From contig CALKEQ010000001.1 of assembly GCA_938084905.1 (NCBI GenBank), positions 26,835-90,834 on the forward strand: a stretch of 64,000 nucleotides of DNA, read 5' to 3'. Source of the DNA: an uncultured bacterium (GTDB lineage Bacteria; Desulfobacterota; Syntrophorhabdia; Syntrophorhabdales; JANXAF01). Shown one piece after another: positions 9,291 through 19,500 of this stretch. The notes beneath the pieces were generated by a model. That model ran no database searches and had not been told where the DNA came from. It saw only the letters and a program-made list of their open reading frames with translations. A program made the translations under genes and the position numbers. Position 1 is the stretch's first letter. Each line of letters starts with the position of its first letter.

Positions 9291-10922
9291 CTAAAGAGAG
9301 TGGAGAAAATCCTGGATTAAGAGATTTATAAAATCTTCTCCCATCTCTTCCTTAAGGACAGGTGTGGCGATAACTCCAAAGACTCTCTCCGGAATTGGAC
9401 CTTTGCCTTTCTGGATAAAACCATACCATACCCTTTTCCTTTTGTCGATTATCTTTAGCCTTCCTCCACTTTCATAGATTCTCTCAGGAAAGAGAAGTAT
9501 TCTCGGAGGCGGATTCCCCGGTCCAAATGGACCGAGAAGCTCAAAGCTATCCAAAACTTCTCTGCTTAGCTCGTCAAAATCCGCATCCGTATCGTATTTT
9601 TTGATCTCTTCCCCAGATGTGTAAGAGCCAACCAAAGAATCGAAAGATTGAGAAAAAAGCTCAAGGTTTTCCCTTTGAAGGGAAAGACCGCATGCGTATT
9701 TGTGACCACCGTATTTGAGAAGGAGAGGTGAGAGAGCACAAAGGCACTCGTAAAGGTTCAATTTTTCAGTTCCTCTTCCAGAACCTTTTATTACACCGTC
9801 TACTGAAGTAAGAACTATCGCAGGCTTTCCGTAAGATTCAACGATTCTCTGAGCCACTATCCCCAAGACACCAATATGCCAGTTCTCACTAAAAAGGACG
9901 AGTCCCTTTTTCTGCGAGATTGCCCCCTCTGATAGATGGGCCTCTATCTCTTCTAGAATCTTTTCCTCAATCTTCTGCCTTTTTCTATTTGCCTCGTCCA
10001 GTTCTCTAAGAAGGGAAAGGGAAGCCAAAGGATCTTCCTCTGTCAAAAAATGGAGCGATCTTTTAGCATCGAGTATTCTTCCAGGTGCGTTTATACGTGG
10101 AATGATTACAAAGTTGAGTGAGTAATTGTCAAGTCTGCCGTCCGGAAGTATCTTTGAGAGATAAAAGGACTTTAACCATTGTCTTGGCCACCTTTTCATC
10201 ATCTCCAGACCAAATTTTGTGAGCAGTCTATTATCCCCAACGAGAGGTACCATATCAGCCAACGTGCCAAGTGTCACAAGATCGAGCTCTTTTTTCAGAT
10301 TTATGTGAAAATCGAGAATCTTCCTTTTTGCAAGTTCCCTGCGTAGGGCTATAAGGAAGAAGAAAGTAACACCGCATGCTGCAAGTTCCCTTGTGGGAAA
10401 AAGAGAATCTTCTCTTTTTGGATTGACAAATGCGAAAGCGGGAGGATAGACATTCTTCACCTCATGATGATCTATGACTATAGTATCGATTCCTAGGCTT
10501 TTTGCAAAGGATATCTCTTCAAAATTGGTAGTCCCCAAATCTAAGGCTATAAGTAAGCTTATCCCTTTTTCTTTCAGTTTCTCCAAAGATTTCCGATTGA
10601 TTCCGTAACCTTCCTCTCTTGTGGGAATGTAGAACTCTAAAGGTCTGTTTAAGGATCTAAAAAAATTGGCCGTTATTGCACAGGAAGAGACCCCATCCGC
10701 ATCGTAGTCACCATAAACACATATCTTTTCTCCCTTAGAGATTGCCTCCACTACCCGTAGCACCGCTTGTTCCATGTCGGGAAGGAGATATGGGTCAGAT
10801 AGGTCTTTAAGCTCAGGATATAGAAAGCTCTTTGCATCCTCAACAGTCCTTATACCTCTTGAGAAAAGAATTCTGGCGGTAAGTGGTGGTATTCCAAGTT
10901 CTTCTACAAATCTCTCTTCCAT
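9291..10922 (-). CDS. recJ: single-stranded-DNA-specific exonuclease RecJ
   Basis: 543 aa. DHH-family motifs YGDYDADGVSS and VIDHH, plus a DHHA1-like region. Confidence 0.9.
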   Translation of the reverse strand: MEERFVEELGIPPLTARILFSRGIRTVEDAKSFLYPELKDLSDPYLLPDMEQAVLRVVEAISKGEKICVYGDYDADGVSSCAITANFFRSLNRPLEFYIPTREEGYGINRKSLEKLKEKGISLLIALDLGTTNFEEISFAKSLGIDTIVIDHHEVKNVYPPAFAFVNPKREDSLFPTRELAACGVTFFFLIALRRELAKRKILDFHINLKKELDLVTLGTLADMVPLVGDNRLLTKFGLEMMKRWPRQWLKSFYLSKILPDGRLDNYSLNFVIIPRINAPGRILDAKRSLHFLTEEDPLASLSLLRELDEANRKRQKIEEKILEEIEAHLSEGAISQKKGLVLFSENWHIGVLGIVAQRIVESYGKPAIVLTSVDGVIKGSGRGTEKLNLYECLCALSPLLLKYGGHKYACGLSLQRENLELFSQSFDSLVGSYTSGEEIKKYDTDADFDELSREVLDSFELLGPFGPGNPPPRILLFPERIYESGGRLKIIDKRKRVWYGFIQKGKGPIPERVFGVIATPVLKEEMGEDFINLLIQDFLHSL

Positions 10923-11773
10923 CTTCCCTCTTTGTACCTTCTTTTAAGTTCCTTTATCACTTTAGGGATCGTATTCGGATCGACAAAGGTTGCAGTTCCA
11001 ATCTGGACTGCCTTTGCTCCTGCGAGAAAGAAATCTAGAGCGTCATTTGCGTTCATTATCCCTCCTGCGCCTATTATCGGAATGGGGAGTCTTTTTGCAC
11101 ATTCGTAGACGGCCTTAAGGGCAAAAGATTTCAAAAAAGGTCCAGAAATTCCACCTCTTATAAATTTTCCTCCATCATTTACAACCCCAGGTATTGTGTT
11201 GATCAGAGTGAGGCCGTCAACCCCGCCTTCATAGGCAGCCTGTGCGACTTCAACTATATCTTTCACCTCTTGTGATAGCTTGGCTATTACCGGGATATCG
11301 GTCTCAGATTTTATCCCACGAATTATTCTTCTTACAACCTCAGGGTCCTTTCCAAAACTTATACCACCTTGTTTCACATTTGGACATGAGAGATTTACCT
11401 CTATGGCGAGGACAACTGAAGTATGGCCGATTACCCTTGCACACTCAAAGTACTCCTCTTCCGTAAATCCGAAGATGTTCACAATAATTGGAGTCCTTCT
11501 TCTCCTGAAAAATTGAGAATACTCCTCCATGAACCTCTTTATCCCTATGTTTTGAAGTCCGATGGAGTTAAGCATTCCGTATCCCAAATCCCAAATCCTT
11601 GGCTGGGGATTTCCGTGGTGAGGCCGAACGGAGAGCCCTTTGGTTACAAAGGCACCAAGTAGACTTATCTTCCAAAGTCTCTCTATCTCCTTTCCGTAAC
11701 CCAACGTACCCGATGCGTTCATCACAGGATTTCTGAGTTTTTTCCCGAACAGTTCTACAGAGATATTTCCCAT
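10904..11773 (-). CDS. pyrD: dihydroorotate dehydrogenase, class 1B catalytic subunit
   Basis: 289 aa. NPVMNASGT and SCPN motifs; paired with pyrK upstream. Confidence 0.9.
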   Translation of the reverse strand: MGNISVELFGKKLRNPVMNASGTLGYGKEIERLWKISLLGAFVTKGLSVRPHHGNPQPRIWDLGYGMLNSIGLQNIGIKRFMEEYSQFFRRRRTPIIVNIFGFTEEEYFECARVIGHTSVVLAIEVNLSCPNVKQGGISFGKDPEVVRRIIRGIKSETDIPVIAKLSQEVKDIVEVAQAAYEGGVDGLTLINTIPGVVNDGGKFIRGGISGPFLKSFALKAVYECAKRLPIPIIGAGGIMNANDALDFFLAGAKAVQIGTATFVDPNTIPKVIKELKRRYKEGRWKRDL

Positions 11774-12513
11774 AAGCTGAATGCCGGACCTTCAAAACAT
11801 ACCCTTTTTTCAGGATCCGATTCGTCATTTGTCTTAACAACGCATCCAAAACAGAGTCCCATTCCGCACCCCATTCTTTCCTCCCACAGAATCTGGCACG
11901 CAAAACCGTACTTGGAAAGGAGTTCTTTGAGGCTTCTGTACATTTCTTTAGGCCCACATGCAAAAACCTCCAAATCCTTCCCTAAAAAACCGTCTATTTT
12001 CTCCCTCAGAGAGGATACCACATCTCCCCTGTAACCGTAACTTCCATCCATAGTTGAAATTACAGGTTCGTAATCCATAAGATCCTTAACCAGTGAGACA
12101 CCTAAAGAAGAAGAGGTTCCGTAGAAGAGTTTAGCCTTCTTACCTATTCTTTTCATGAGAAGATGGACACCAGCGATACCTATTCCACCAGCTATAACCA
12201 GATAAAAATCCCTTTTTCCTATGTGGAACCCCCTACCAAGAGGACCAAGTATAGACAGTTTCTGCCCTTTTTTCATTCTGCTTAAAACCATGGTCCCACG
12301 ACCCCGGACCTTATACATAATCGAAAGAAGGTCCCCTCTTTGGTCGTAGACTGTGAATGGTCTCCTGAGAAATACCTCTCTATCCTCGATTCTTACCATG
12401 AAAAACTGGCCGGGTGTGATCTTTGGAATCCTTCCTTTGACCCTTACGTTGAGAATGTAATGGTTTTCTATGATCTCTTCATTTTTCTCTATTATGGACT
12501 CCATATCCCTCAT
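11755..12513 (-). CDS. pyrK: dihydroorotate dehydrogenase electron-transfer subunit
   Basis: 252 aa. RRPFTV FAD motif and C-terminal CGMGLCFGC 2Fe-2S motif. Confidence 0.88.
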   Translation of the reverse strand: MRDMESIIEKNEEIIENHYILNVRVKGRIPKITPGQFFMVRIEDREVFLRRPFTVYDQRGDLLSIMYKVRGRGTMVLSRMKKGQKLSILGPLGRGFHIGKRDFYLVIAGGIGIAGVHLLMKRIGKKAKLFYGTSSSLGVSLVKDLMDYEPVISTMDGSYGYRGDVVSSLREKIDGFLGKDLEVFACGPKEMYRSLKELLSKYGFACQILWEERMGCGMGLCFGCVVKTNDESDPEKRVCFEGPAFSLWEISL

Positions 12514-12521
12514 GGTCGACT

Positions 12522-12977
12522 TTAAAGTGAAAGATGCATAACGATGGCGTCCTCTCCTGTATCCTCGTAATATCTTTTTCTCCTTCCCACAGCCTTAAAA
12601 CCGAACTTAAGATAGAGTTTGATAGCGGCTAGATTACTCTCTCTAACTTCAAGATAAACCTCTCTTATCCCTTTTTCCCTCAGTATGGAAAGGGCGGATG
12701 AGAAAAGTTTCGATCCGTAACCTTGTCTTCTGAACTTGGGATCTATAGCAAGGTTCAGAACGTGACATTCATCTTTTGAGATAAGACACATTATGTATCC
12801 AACGACAACTCCATCCGCCTCTATAAGGAGGTTAAAGGCAAAGGGTGATAAGATCTGGACTTTTAGCGCCTCCTTTGACCAGGGGGTTGGAAATGAGGCC
12901 CTCTCTATCTCAATTAGCCTCGATAGATCGAAGGGAAGTATTTCCCTCACTTTGAGGGACTTTTCTTCCTCTCTCAT
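12522..12977 (-). CDS. rimI: ribosomal-protein-alanine N-acetyltransferase
   Basis: 151 aa GNAT fold with RRQGYGSKL acetyl-CoA motif. Confidence 0.8.
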   Translation of the reverse strand: MREEEKSLKVREILPFDLSRLIEIERASFPTPWSKEALKVQILSPFAFNLLIEADGVVVGYIMCLISKDECHVLNLAIDPKFRRQGYGSKLFSSALSILREKGIREVYLEVRESNLAAIKLYLKFGFKAVGRRKRYYEDTGEDAIVMHLSL

Positions 12978-13576
12978 TCCATGAGGGTTTGGGAGAATTT
13001 TTCTAACTCCTCCTTTGTATTTATGTTCGCAAATACGGATGTTCCCCTATTGTAAAAGGAAGGATTGTCTTCCACAATCTTCACCTCAAGGAATGGAAAA
13101 ACGGTTTGTATTTTCATAAATCCCAAATCGAGCATTTTCAGAAAAAAAGGTATGCACCTTTTTCCGTAAATTGCGTGAAGCGGTTCAAAACCCTTTTTTG
13201 TCTGTGGAACTACTATATCCTCATTTTTCAGATTTCCTATAACGCACCTTAGGCTTTCTTCCGTTATGAAAGGCATATCGCATGCAACAACAAAGGTATA
13301 CTCTTTTGAACTCTTAATAAGGGAAGTCAAAATACCAACCATTGGACTTCCCAATGGCATAATGTCTCTATAGATTTTTACCGGTATTCCTTCGGGACTT
13401 CTCCCATCCTTTGTAATTACCATCACCTCGTCGAAGATTCCTTTTGCAATGTCGTAAACGTGTCTTATCAAGGCCTTACCATTGAAGATGACTGTCGCCT
13501 TATCAAGCCCCATTCTTGTACTAGATCCTCCAGCTAGGATCGCACACGACACTTTCATAAGACCTTTTTTTAGCAT
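12974..13576 (-). CDS. mobA: molybdenum cofactor guanylyltransferase
   Basis: 200 aa. ILAGGSSTRMGLDKA nucleotide-binding motif. Confidence 0.85.
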   Translation of the reverse strand: MLKKGLMKVSCAILAGGSSTRMGLDKATVIFNGKALIRHVYDIAKGIFDEVMVITKDGRSPEGIPVKIYRDIMPLGSPMVGILTSLIKSSKEYTFVVACDMPFITEESLRCVIGNLKNEDIVVPQTKKGFEPLHAIYGKRCIPFFLKMLDLGFMKIQTVFPFLEVKIVEDNPSFYNRGTSVFANINTKEELEKFSQTLME

Positions 13577-13598
13577 CTTTTAAGTTCCGAGTAAAGGA

Positions 13599-13628
13599 TT
13601 GACAAATGCTCAAATAAGGTCGTACTAT
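13599..13628 (+). promoter_or_regulatory. sigma70-like promoter for the TIGR04076-like gene
   Basis: TTGACA (13599-13604), 18-nt spacer, TACTAT (13623-13628). GAGGAGGG RBS before the ATG at 13648. Confidence 0.45.
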
Positions 13629-13647
13629 TCTGGAAAGAGGAGGGAAT

Positions 13648-13923
13648 ATGGCAAAGGATCCAAAGATCGGATATAAAATCACAGGGCAGATAGTAAGAGT
13701 CAAAGGCAATTGCCTTGCAGGCCATTATGTGGGCGAGAGTTTCGAGATCTCATGTCACAATCCGGCAGGGCTATGTGGTTTCTTTTACCACGACATATTT
13801 CCAGCTCTCTTTACCTTTCAGTTCGGTGGTTCGGCACCATGGTGGCACGGAGATGAGATAGAACTCTCATGTCCGGATAAGGAGAATGAGGTTGTGATCA
13901 AACTGGTAAGATCTAAAAGATAA
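13648..13923 (+). CDS. TIGR04076-like small conserved protein
   Basis: 91 aa. Pattern C..GH..G..F......P.G.C...........GG..PW........CPD..N.V is as I recall for that family. Confidence 0.65.
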   Translation: MAKDPKIGYKITGQIVRVKGNCLAGHYVGESFEISCHNPAGLCGFFYHDIFPALFTFQFGGSAPWWHGDEIELSCPDKENEVVIKLVRSKR

Positions 13924-13943
13924 ACCTAGAAGTTCTCCTTTTA

Positions 13944-13969
13944 CTTTGGACGCCCAAAGGTTTTATCTT
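13944..13969 (+). terminator. possible intrinsic terminator
   Basis: CTTTGG-ACGC-CCAAAG hairpin followed by GTTTTATCTT, 21 nt after the stop codon. Confidence 0.4.
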
Positions 13970-13992
13970 ACTGCCCCTTTTGGCCATTCTGC

Positions 13993-14021
13993 TTGACTTT
14001 AGGTAGAAATTTTCATATTCT
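13993..14021 (+). promoter_or_regulatory. sigma70-like promoter for the tRNA pair
   Basis: TTGACT (13993-13998), 17-nt spacer, TATTCT (14016-14021), 13 nt before tRNA-Lys. Confidence 0.45.
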
Positions 14022-14034
14022 TTTTGGACCGCAA

Positions 14035-14108
14035 GGGCCGTTAACTCAGCCAGGTAGAGTATCTGCCTTTTAAGCAGAGAGTCGGAGGTTCGAGTCCTCC
14101 ACGGCCCA
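14035..14108 (+). tRNA. tRNA-Lys (anticodon UUU)
   Basis: Manual cloverleaf: acceptor GGGCCGT/ACGGCCC, anticodon stem TCTGC/GCAGA with loop CTTTTAA, T-arm GGAGG-TTCGAGT-CCTCC. No encoded CCA. Confidence 0.93.
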
Positions 14109-14111
14109 TAA

Positions 14112-14186
14112 GTCCCCATCGTCTAGTCAGGCCCAGGACACCGGTCTTTCAAGCCGGCAACGGGGGTTCAAATCCCCCTGGGGACG
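14112..14186 (+). tRNA. tRNA-Glu (anticodon UUC)
   Basis: Acceptor GTCCCCA/TGGGGAC, anticodon stem CCGGT/GCCGG with loop CTTTCAA, T-arm GGGGG-TTCAAAT-CCCCC. Closely resembles canonical bacterial tRNA-Glu. Confidence 0.92.
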
Positions 14187-14221
14187 GTTCTTTCCATAAG
14201 AGGCGATCCCTCAAATTCTCG

Positions 14222-14250
14222 TTGACAAAGCTGCCTTTTTGGGATAAAAG
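14222..14250 (+). promoter_or_regulatory. sigma70-like promoter for the etf-fdh operon
   Basis: TTGACA (14222-14227), 17-nt spacer, TAAAAG (14245-14250). AAGGAGGG RBS precedes the ATG at 14289. Confidence 0.45.
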
Positions 14251-14288
14251 ATTGTGAAATTTTTAATTAAGTGGCAAAGGAGGGCAAA

Positions 14289-15086
14289 ATGAAGGTCGTA
14301 GTCTGCGTAAAGCAGGTGCCAGATACGGAGGCGGAAATAAAGTGGGATGTGGAGAAAGGGGTTCTAAAAAGAGACTCCATGGATCCTATAACCAACCCGT
14401 TCGACGAATTTGCCGTTGAGGAAGCGTTGCTTACCCGCGAAAAATACGACTGCGAGATATACGCTATTTCAATGGGACCTGAAAGAGCCCAGGAGGTTCT
14501 AAGGAACGCCTTGGCCTTAGGTGTAAATGGCGTGTACCATATACTGGACCCCCAACTTTCCGGATCTGATACATTTGGAACAGCATATGCCCTTGCGAAA
14601 GCAATAATGAAGATAGGAGATGTGGACATAGTCTTTATGGGCAGGCAGTCAACAGATGGAAATACTGGAGTTGTTCCTGGAGAAGTAGCCGCCATTTTAG
14701 GATACACCCCTCTTACCTACGTTTCAAAGATTAGAGAGATAGATTTTCAGGGGAAAAGGATAGTTGTGGAAAGGGCCATAGAAGGTGGGTTTGAAGTTGT
14801 TGAAGCCAAATTACCGGCTGTTGTTTCCGTAATAAAAGGCATAAATGAGCCAAGACTTCCCAATCTGATGGGTATTAGAAGGGCCGCAAAAATGGAGATA
14901 CCTAAGTGGACATGTGACGATCTGGGCTTAGATAAGGATAAGGTTGGACTTTCAGCCTCCTCTACCAGAGTTGTGGAAATATCCGTTCCGCCACCTAAGG
15001 CTCAGGGCGAGATCCTAAAAGGTGATCTTGATGAGGTTGCGGAACAGCTTGCCTCCAGGCTATTAGATCTGAAGATTATAAAATAA
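14289..15086 (+). CDS. etfB: electron transfer flavoprotein beta subunit
   Basis: MKVVVCVKQVPD N-terminus and NEPRLPNLMGI motif. The ATG at 14289 with RBS is preferred over the track's GTG at 14271. Confidence 0.9.
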   Translation: MKVVVCVKQVPDTEAEIKWDVEKGVLKRDSMDPITNPFDEFAVEEALLTREKYDCEIYAISMGPERAQEVLRNALALGVNGVYHILDPQLSGSDTFGTAYALAKAIMKIGDVDIVFMGRQSTDGNTGVVPGEVAAILGYTPLTYVSKIREIDFQGKRIVVERAIEGGFEVVEAKLPAVVSVIKGINEPRLPNLMGIRRAAKMEIPKWTCDDLGLDKDKVGLSASSTRVVEISVPPPKAQGEILKGDLDEVAEQLASRLLDLKIIK

Positions 15087-15097
15087 AGGAGGAACAC

Positions 15098-16081
15098 ATG
15101 GGAGACGTATGGGTATATATAGAACATAGAGAAGGTTCAACTTCGCCCCTCTCCTTCGAACTTCTTGGCATTGGGAAAAAGCTTGCCCAGGAAAGAGGGG
15201 GGAAAGTTTGTGCTTTGGTAATAGGAGAGAGTGTGGACCAGATAGCTAAAGAGGCCATCGAATACGGTGCTGAGAAGGTATACGCTTTAACAGGCGGTGT
15301 TTTTAAAAACTTCAGGAGCGATGTATACACAAAGGCCGCATGCCAGCTCATAGAAAAATACGGTCCAGACATTATACTCTTCAGATCTACAACGCAAGGT
15401 ACTGATCTTTCCTCAGGGATCGCTGGGAAATTAAACGTTGGAATCTGCGCTGACGCTATATCCGTATATCACGAAAATAACGTCTTAAAAATGGTAAGGG
15501 CCGCATTCGGCGGAAGATTCAACGTAACAGTGGTAAACGAGAGGGCAACCCCCAAACTTATAACAGTGAGACCGAAGGCTTTTGAGATGCCAGAAAAGAA
15601 GGATGGTCAAAAGGGGGAAATTATAAGTGAGAGTGTGGGAGTTTCCGATTCTGATTCGATGATGAAAGTCGTCGACTTCGTTAAGTCCGCTGTTACAGTC
15701 AATCTCGTGGAAGCAGATATAATAGTCTCAGGCGGAAGGGGTCTTGGCAAACCAGAAGGGTTTAACCTTCTTAGGGAGTTTGCAGATCTAATAGGTGCTG
15801 CTTTAGGTGCCTCAAGGGCTGCTGTTGACTCAGGATGGATCCCGTACGAGCACCAGGTTGGCCAGACAGGAAAGACTGTCAAACCAAAACTGTACATCGC
15901 ATGCGGAATCTCAGGGGCCATCCAGCATCTTGCCGGAATGAGAACTTCAGATTGCATAGTTGCGATAAATAAAGACCCAGATGCACCCATATTCAAGATC
16001 GCAACTTTCGGAATCGTTGGCGACCTCTACCAGGTAATACCGAAGCTTATCGAAAAATTCAAAGCAAAGCTCGGAAAATAA
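15098..16081 (+). CDS. etfA: electron transfer flavoprotein alpha subunit
   Basis: 327 aa. C-terminal FAD-binding region IVSGGRGLG...YIACGISGAIQHLAGM. Confidence 0.9.
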   Translation: MGDVWVYIEHREGSTSPLSFELLGIGKKLAQERGGKVCALVIGESVDQIAKEAIEYGAEKVYALTGGVFKNFRSDVYTKAACQLIEKYGPDIILFRSTTQGTDLSSGIAGKLNVGICADAISVYHENNVLKMVRAAFGGRFNVTVVNERATPKLITVRPKAFEMPEKKDGQKGEIISESVGVSDSDSMMKVVDFVKSAVTVNLVEADIIVSGGRGLGKPEGFNLLREFADLIGAALGASRAAVDSGWIPYEHQVGQTGKTVKPKLYIACGISGAIQHLAGMRTSDCIVAINKDPDAPIFKIATFGIVGDLYQVIPKLIEKFKAKLGK

Positions 16082-16090
16082 GAGGCTATC

Positions 16091-16579
16091 ATGGAAAGCC
16101 ACGATTTCGATTTTACCGAACTCAAAAGGTTTATAGAGGAGTCGAAAGGGGAAAAGGGCATACTTATAAAGACCCTTTACAAGGCTCAGAGTTTATTTGG
16201 ATATCTGCCTATTGAGGTCCAATCCTTTATAGCAAAGGAGCTTAATCTAAAGTTTTCTCAGGTCTACGGGGTCGTGACTTTTTACAACTTCTTCCGGATG
16301 GAGCCTGTGGGAAAACACCTGATAAACGTGTGCCTTGGAACTGCATGCCATGTAAAGGGGGCTGAAGATGTCCTTTCCTCCATTTCCCAGGAGCTAAACG
16401 TAAAGGTAGGAGGAACAACCAGTGATAGATTGTTTACCCTTTCAACTGCCAGGTGCTTTGGCGGTTGTGGACTCGCTCCCTGCATAATGATTGACGAAGA
16501 GGTCTACGGCAGGCTAAATCCGAAGAAGGTTGTGCAGATATTAAGGGAAATCAGGGAGAAGGAAAATGAAAAGGGATGA
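16091..16579 (+). CDS. NuoE/FdsG-like thioredoxin-fold [2Fe-2S] subunit
   Basis: 162 aa. Cys pattern CLGTAC...CFGGCGLAPC is typical of NuoE/HydC. Confidence 0.85.
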   Translation: MESHDFDFTELKRFIEESKGEKGILIKTLYKAQSLFGYLPIEVQSFIAKELNLKFSQVYGVVTFYNFFRMEPVGKHLINVCLGTACHVKGAEDVLSSISQELNVKVGGTTSDRLFTLSTARCFGGCGLAPCIMIDEEVYGRLNPKKVVQILREIREKENEKG

Positions 16580-19500
16580 TCTCTTTAGGATAAAAGAGGA
16601 AAGGCAAAGGAAAGCGAAAGAGGCAAAATACGAGGTTTTTACGTGTTCTGGAGCTTCATGTATATCTTCAAGAAGCCTTGAAATTAAGGAGGCCCTCCTT
16701 CATGGCCTAAAGAAAGATAATCTCATGGACAGAGTCAAAATAATAGAAACTGGATGCATGGGGCCATGTCAGGAGGGGCCACTTCTTTACGTTAAGCCTG
16801 AGGAGATATACTACGTCAGATTAACAAAAGAAGACATCCCCGAAATAATTGGAACCCACATCAAAGAAGGAAAGATAGTTGAGAGATTGGTATGGCGTAA
16901 TGAGAGTTCTTTTTTCGAAAAACAGAAAAAAGTGGTCCTTTCTAATTCTGGAAGGATAGATCCGGAGGACATAGAGGCCTACATAGAGAAAGACGGTTAT
17001 TTTGCTCTCCTTAAAGTCCTTGAAGAGATGACACCGGAGAAGGTTATTGAGGAGATTTTAAAATCAGGACTGAGGGGAAGAGGAGGAGCAGGATTTCCAA
17101 CAGGTCTAAAGTGGAAACTTGCAAGGGAGAGAGAGGCGGATGAAAAATTCGTAATATGTAACGCAGATGAAGGAGATCCCGGTGCATTCATGGACAGGGC
17201 AGTGCTGGAGGGTGATCCCCATGCCGTACTTGAAGGAATGGCTATTGCCGCTTACGCAATTGGCGCAAAAAAGGGGTATATATACGTAAGGGCGGAGTAT
17301 CCACTCGCAATAAAAAGGCTTGAGATAGCCATAAGCCAAGCAAGAAATTACGGACTTCTTGGTAGAAATATACTTGAAAAAAACTTCGATTTTGACGTGG
17401 ACCTAAGAATAGGGGCAGGAGCTTTTGTCTGTGGAGAGGAGACTGCCTTAATCGCCTCTATTGAAGGAAAAAGGGGGATGCCAAGACCAAGGCCTCCTTT
17501 TCCGGTTGAAAGGGGTCTTTGGGGAAAACCAACAGTAATTAACAATGTAGAGACTTTTGCGACAGTACGACACATAATTCTCAATGGAAGCTCCTGGTTT
17601 TCTTCAATTGGGACAGAAAATAGCAAAGGAACCAAGATTTTTGCCCTCTCTGGAAAGGTTGAAAATACCGGACTCGTTGAAGTCCCTATGGGAATAACAC
17701 TTGGCGAGATCGTTTTTGACATAGGAGGAGGAACTCCGAAGGGTAAAAAGTTTAAAGCAGTTCAGACTGGAGGACCATCAGGCGGCTGCATACCTCCTTC
17801 ACTCCTCAACTTACCCGTTGATTACGAGTCACTGAAAGAGGCTGGTGCCATTATGGGCTCTGGAGGAATGATAGTTCTCGATGAGGATAACTGCATGGTG
17901 AACATGGCGAAGTACTTTGTGGAATTCACAATGTCCGAATCTTGTGGTCAGTGCACTCCCTGTCGAGTTGGGCTTAAACATCTTTACGATATCCTAGACA
18001 GAATTACAAAAGGCAAAGGCAAACCGGATGACCTAATTAGACTCGAGAAGATCGCAAAAGAAGTTAGAGATTCGTCCCTATGCGGTCTTGGACAGACAGC
18101 TCCAAATCCTATCCTTTCGACCCTTGATTATTTCAGGGACGAATACGAGGACCACATATTGAGAAAAAGATGTAAGGCCTCAGTTTGTGCTTCCCTTTTT
18201 TTTGCACCTTGCAGTAACACCTGTCCGGCGGAAGTTGATGTGAGTAGATACGTGGCTTATGTGTGTGAGGGAAAACTTGAAGAGGCCTTTTTAACTCATA
18301 TGGAGAACAACCCCTTTCCCGCGAGTTGTTCAAGGATTTGTCCAGCATTCTGTGAGGGCAAGTGCGAAAGGGGAAAGATGGACGATCCGATCTCTATAAG
18401 AGAAATTAAAAGGATATTTGCTGATTACGCACTAAAAAAGGATATAAGGTTTGACCCACCAAAAAGAGAGAAGAAAGAAAGGGTAGCAATCATAGGTGGT
18501 GGACCGTCAGGTCTATCTCTCGCTTTTTATCTCACCCGTCTCGGTTACAGACCGACCCTTTTCGAAGAGAGTGAAAAGCTCGGCGGTATGATGAGATACG
18601 GCATCCCTCCTTACAGGTTACCTAAGAGGATCCTCGACCTGGAGATAAGTAGGATAGTCGATGCTGGGGTGGATGTGAGGCTTAAAAAAAGGGTAAGTAG
18701 TGTTCGAGAGCTTCTCTCCCAGGGCTTCGATGCGGTATACGTTTCAATTGGAGCATCTTTATCTCAAAGACTGAATGTGGAAGGAGAAAGATCACCTTCC
18801 GTTTTAGACGGAATAGAATTTCTGAGAAGGATTAACGAAGGAGAAAAGATCGATCTTCAAGGGAAAAGGGTCCTTGTTGTGGGTGGCGGTTCTACAGCCA
18901 TGGATGCGGCAAGGGTTGCGTTAAGACTTAAAGCAAAGGATGTGTTTTTATCTTACAGAAGGACAAGACTCGAGATGCCTGCCCAGAAAGTCGAAGTCGA
19001 GGAAGCTGAAGAAGAGGGTGTAAAAATGCTATTCTTAACAAACCCCGTTGCTTTTAGAACTAATGGGGGAGGACTTGAAGTTGAGTTTGTCAAAATGGGA
19101 CTTAAAGGGTTCGACAGAATGGGCAGGAGAAATCCCTATCCGATCGAGGGATCCCAGTTTTCAATGCCATTCGACATCGCCATTTTATGCATCGGCCAGA
19201 AACCTAACTCCCAAATCTTTTCAGAGGAACTGGAGATTGAAAAGGATGGGACCTTTAAAGTCGACCCTGATACGCTTATGACTTCCATTCCTGGAGTCTT
19301 TGCAGGAGGGGATGCGGTTCTCGGTCCTGCAACCGTCGTAGAGGCCATCGGTCACGGAAGGAAGGCTGCAATCTCAATAGATAAGTACTTTGGGTATTCC
19401 GGTGAGCTCCCCTTTGGGGAGAGGCAGGAGGTAAAGACAACTTACAATGAGGAAGAGTTCCTGAAAGAAACGAGAAGGAAAAAACCGAATCTTAAAGCAG

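Noticed and set aside
13913-14119. 68-aa minus-strand ORF.
   Set aside because: It overlaps tRNA-Lys and the tRNA promoter region and has no RBS or protein-like features. It is an artefact of an open frame across RNA genes.
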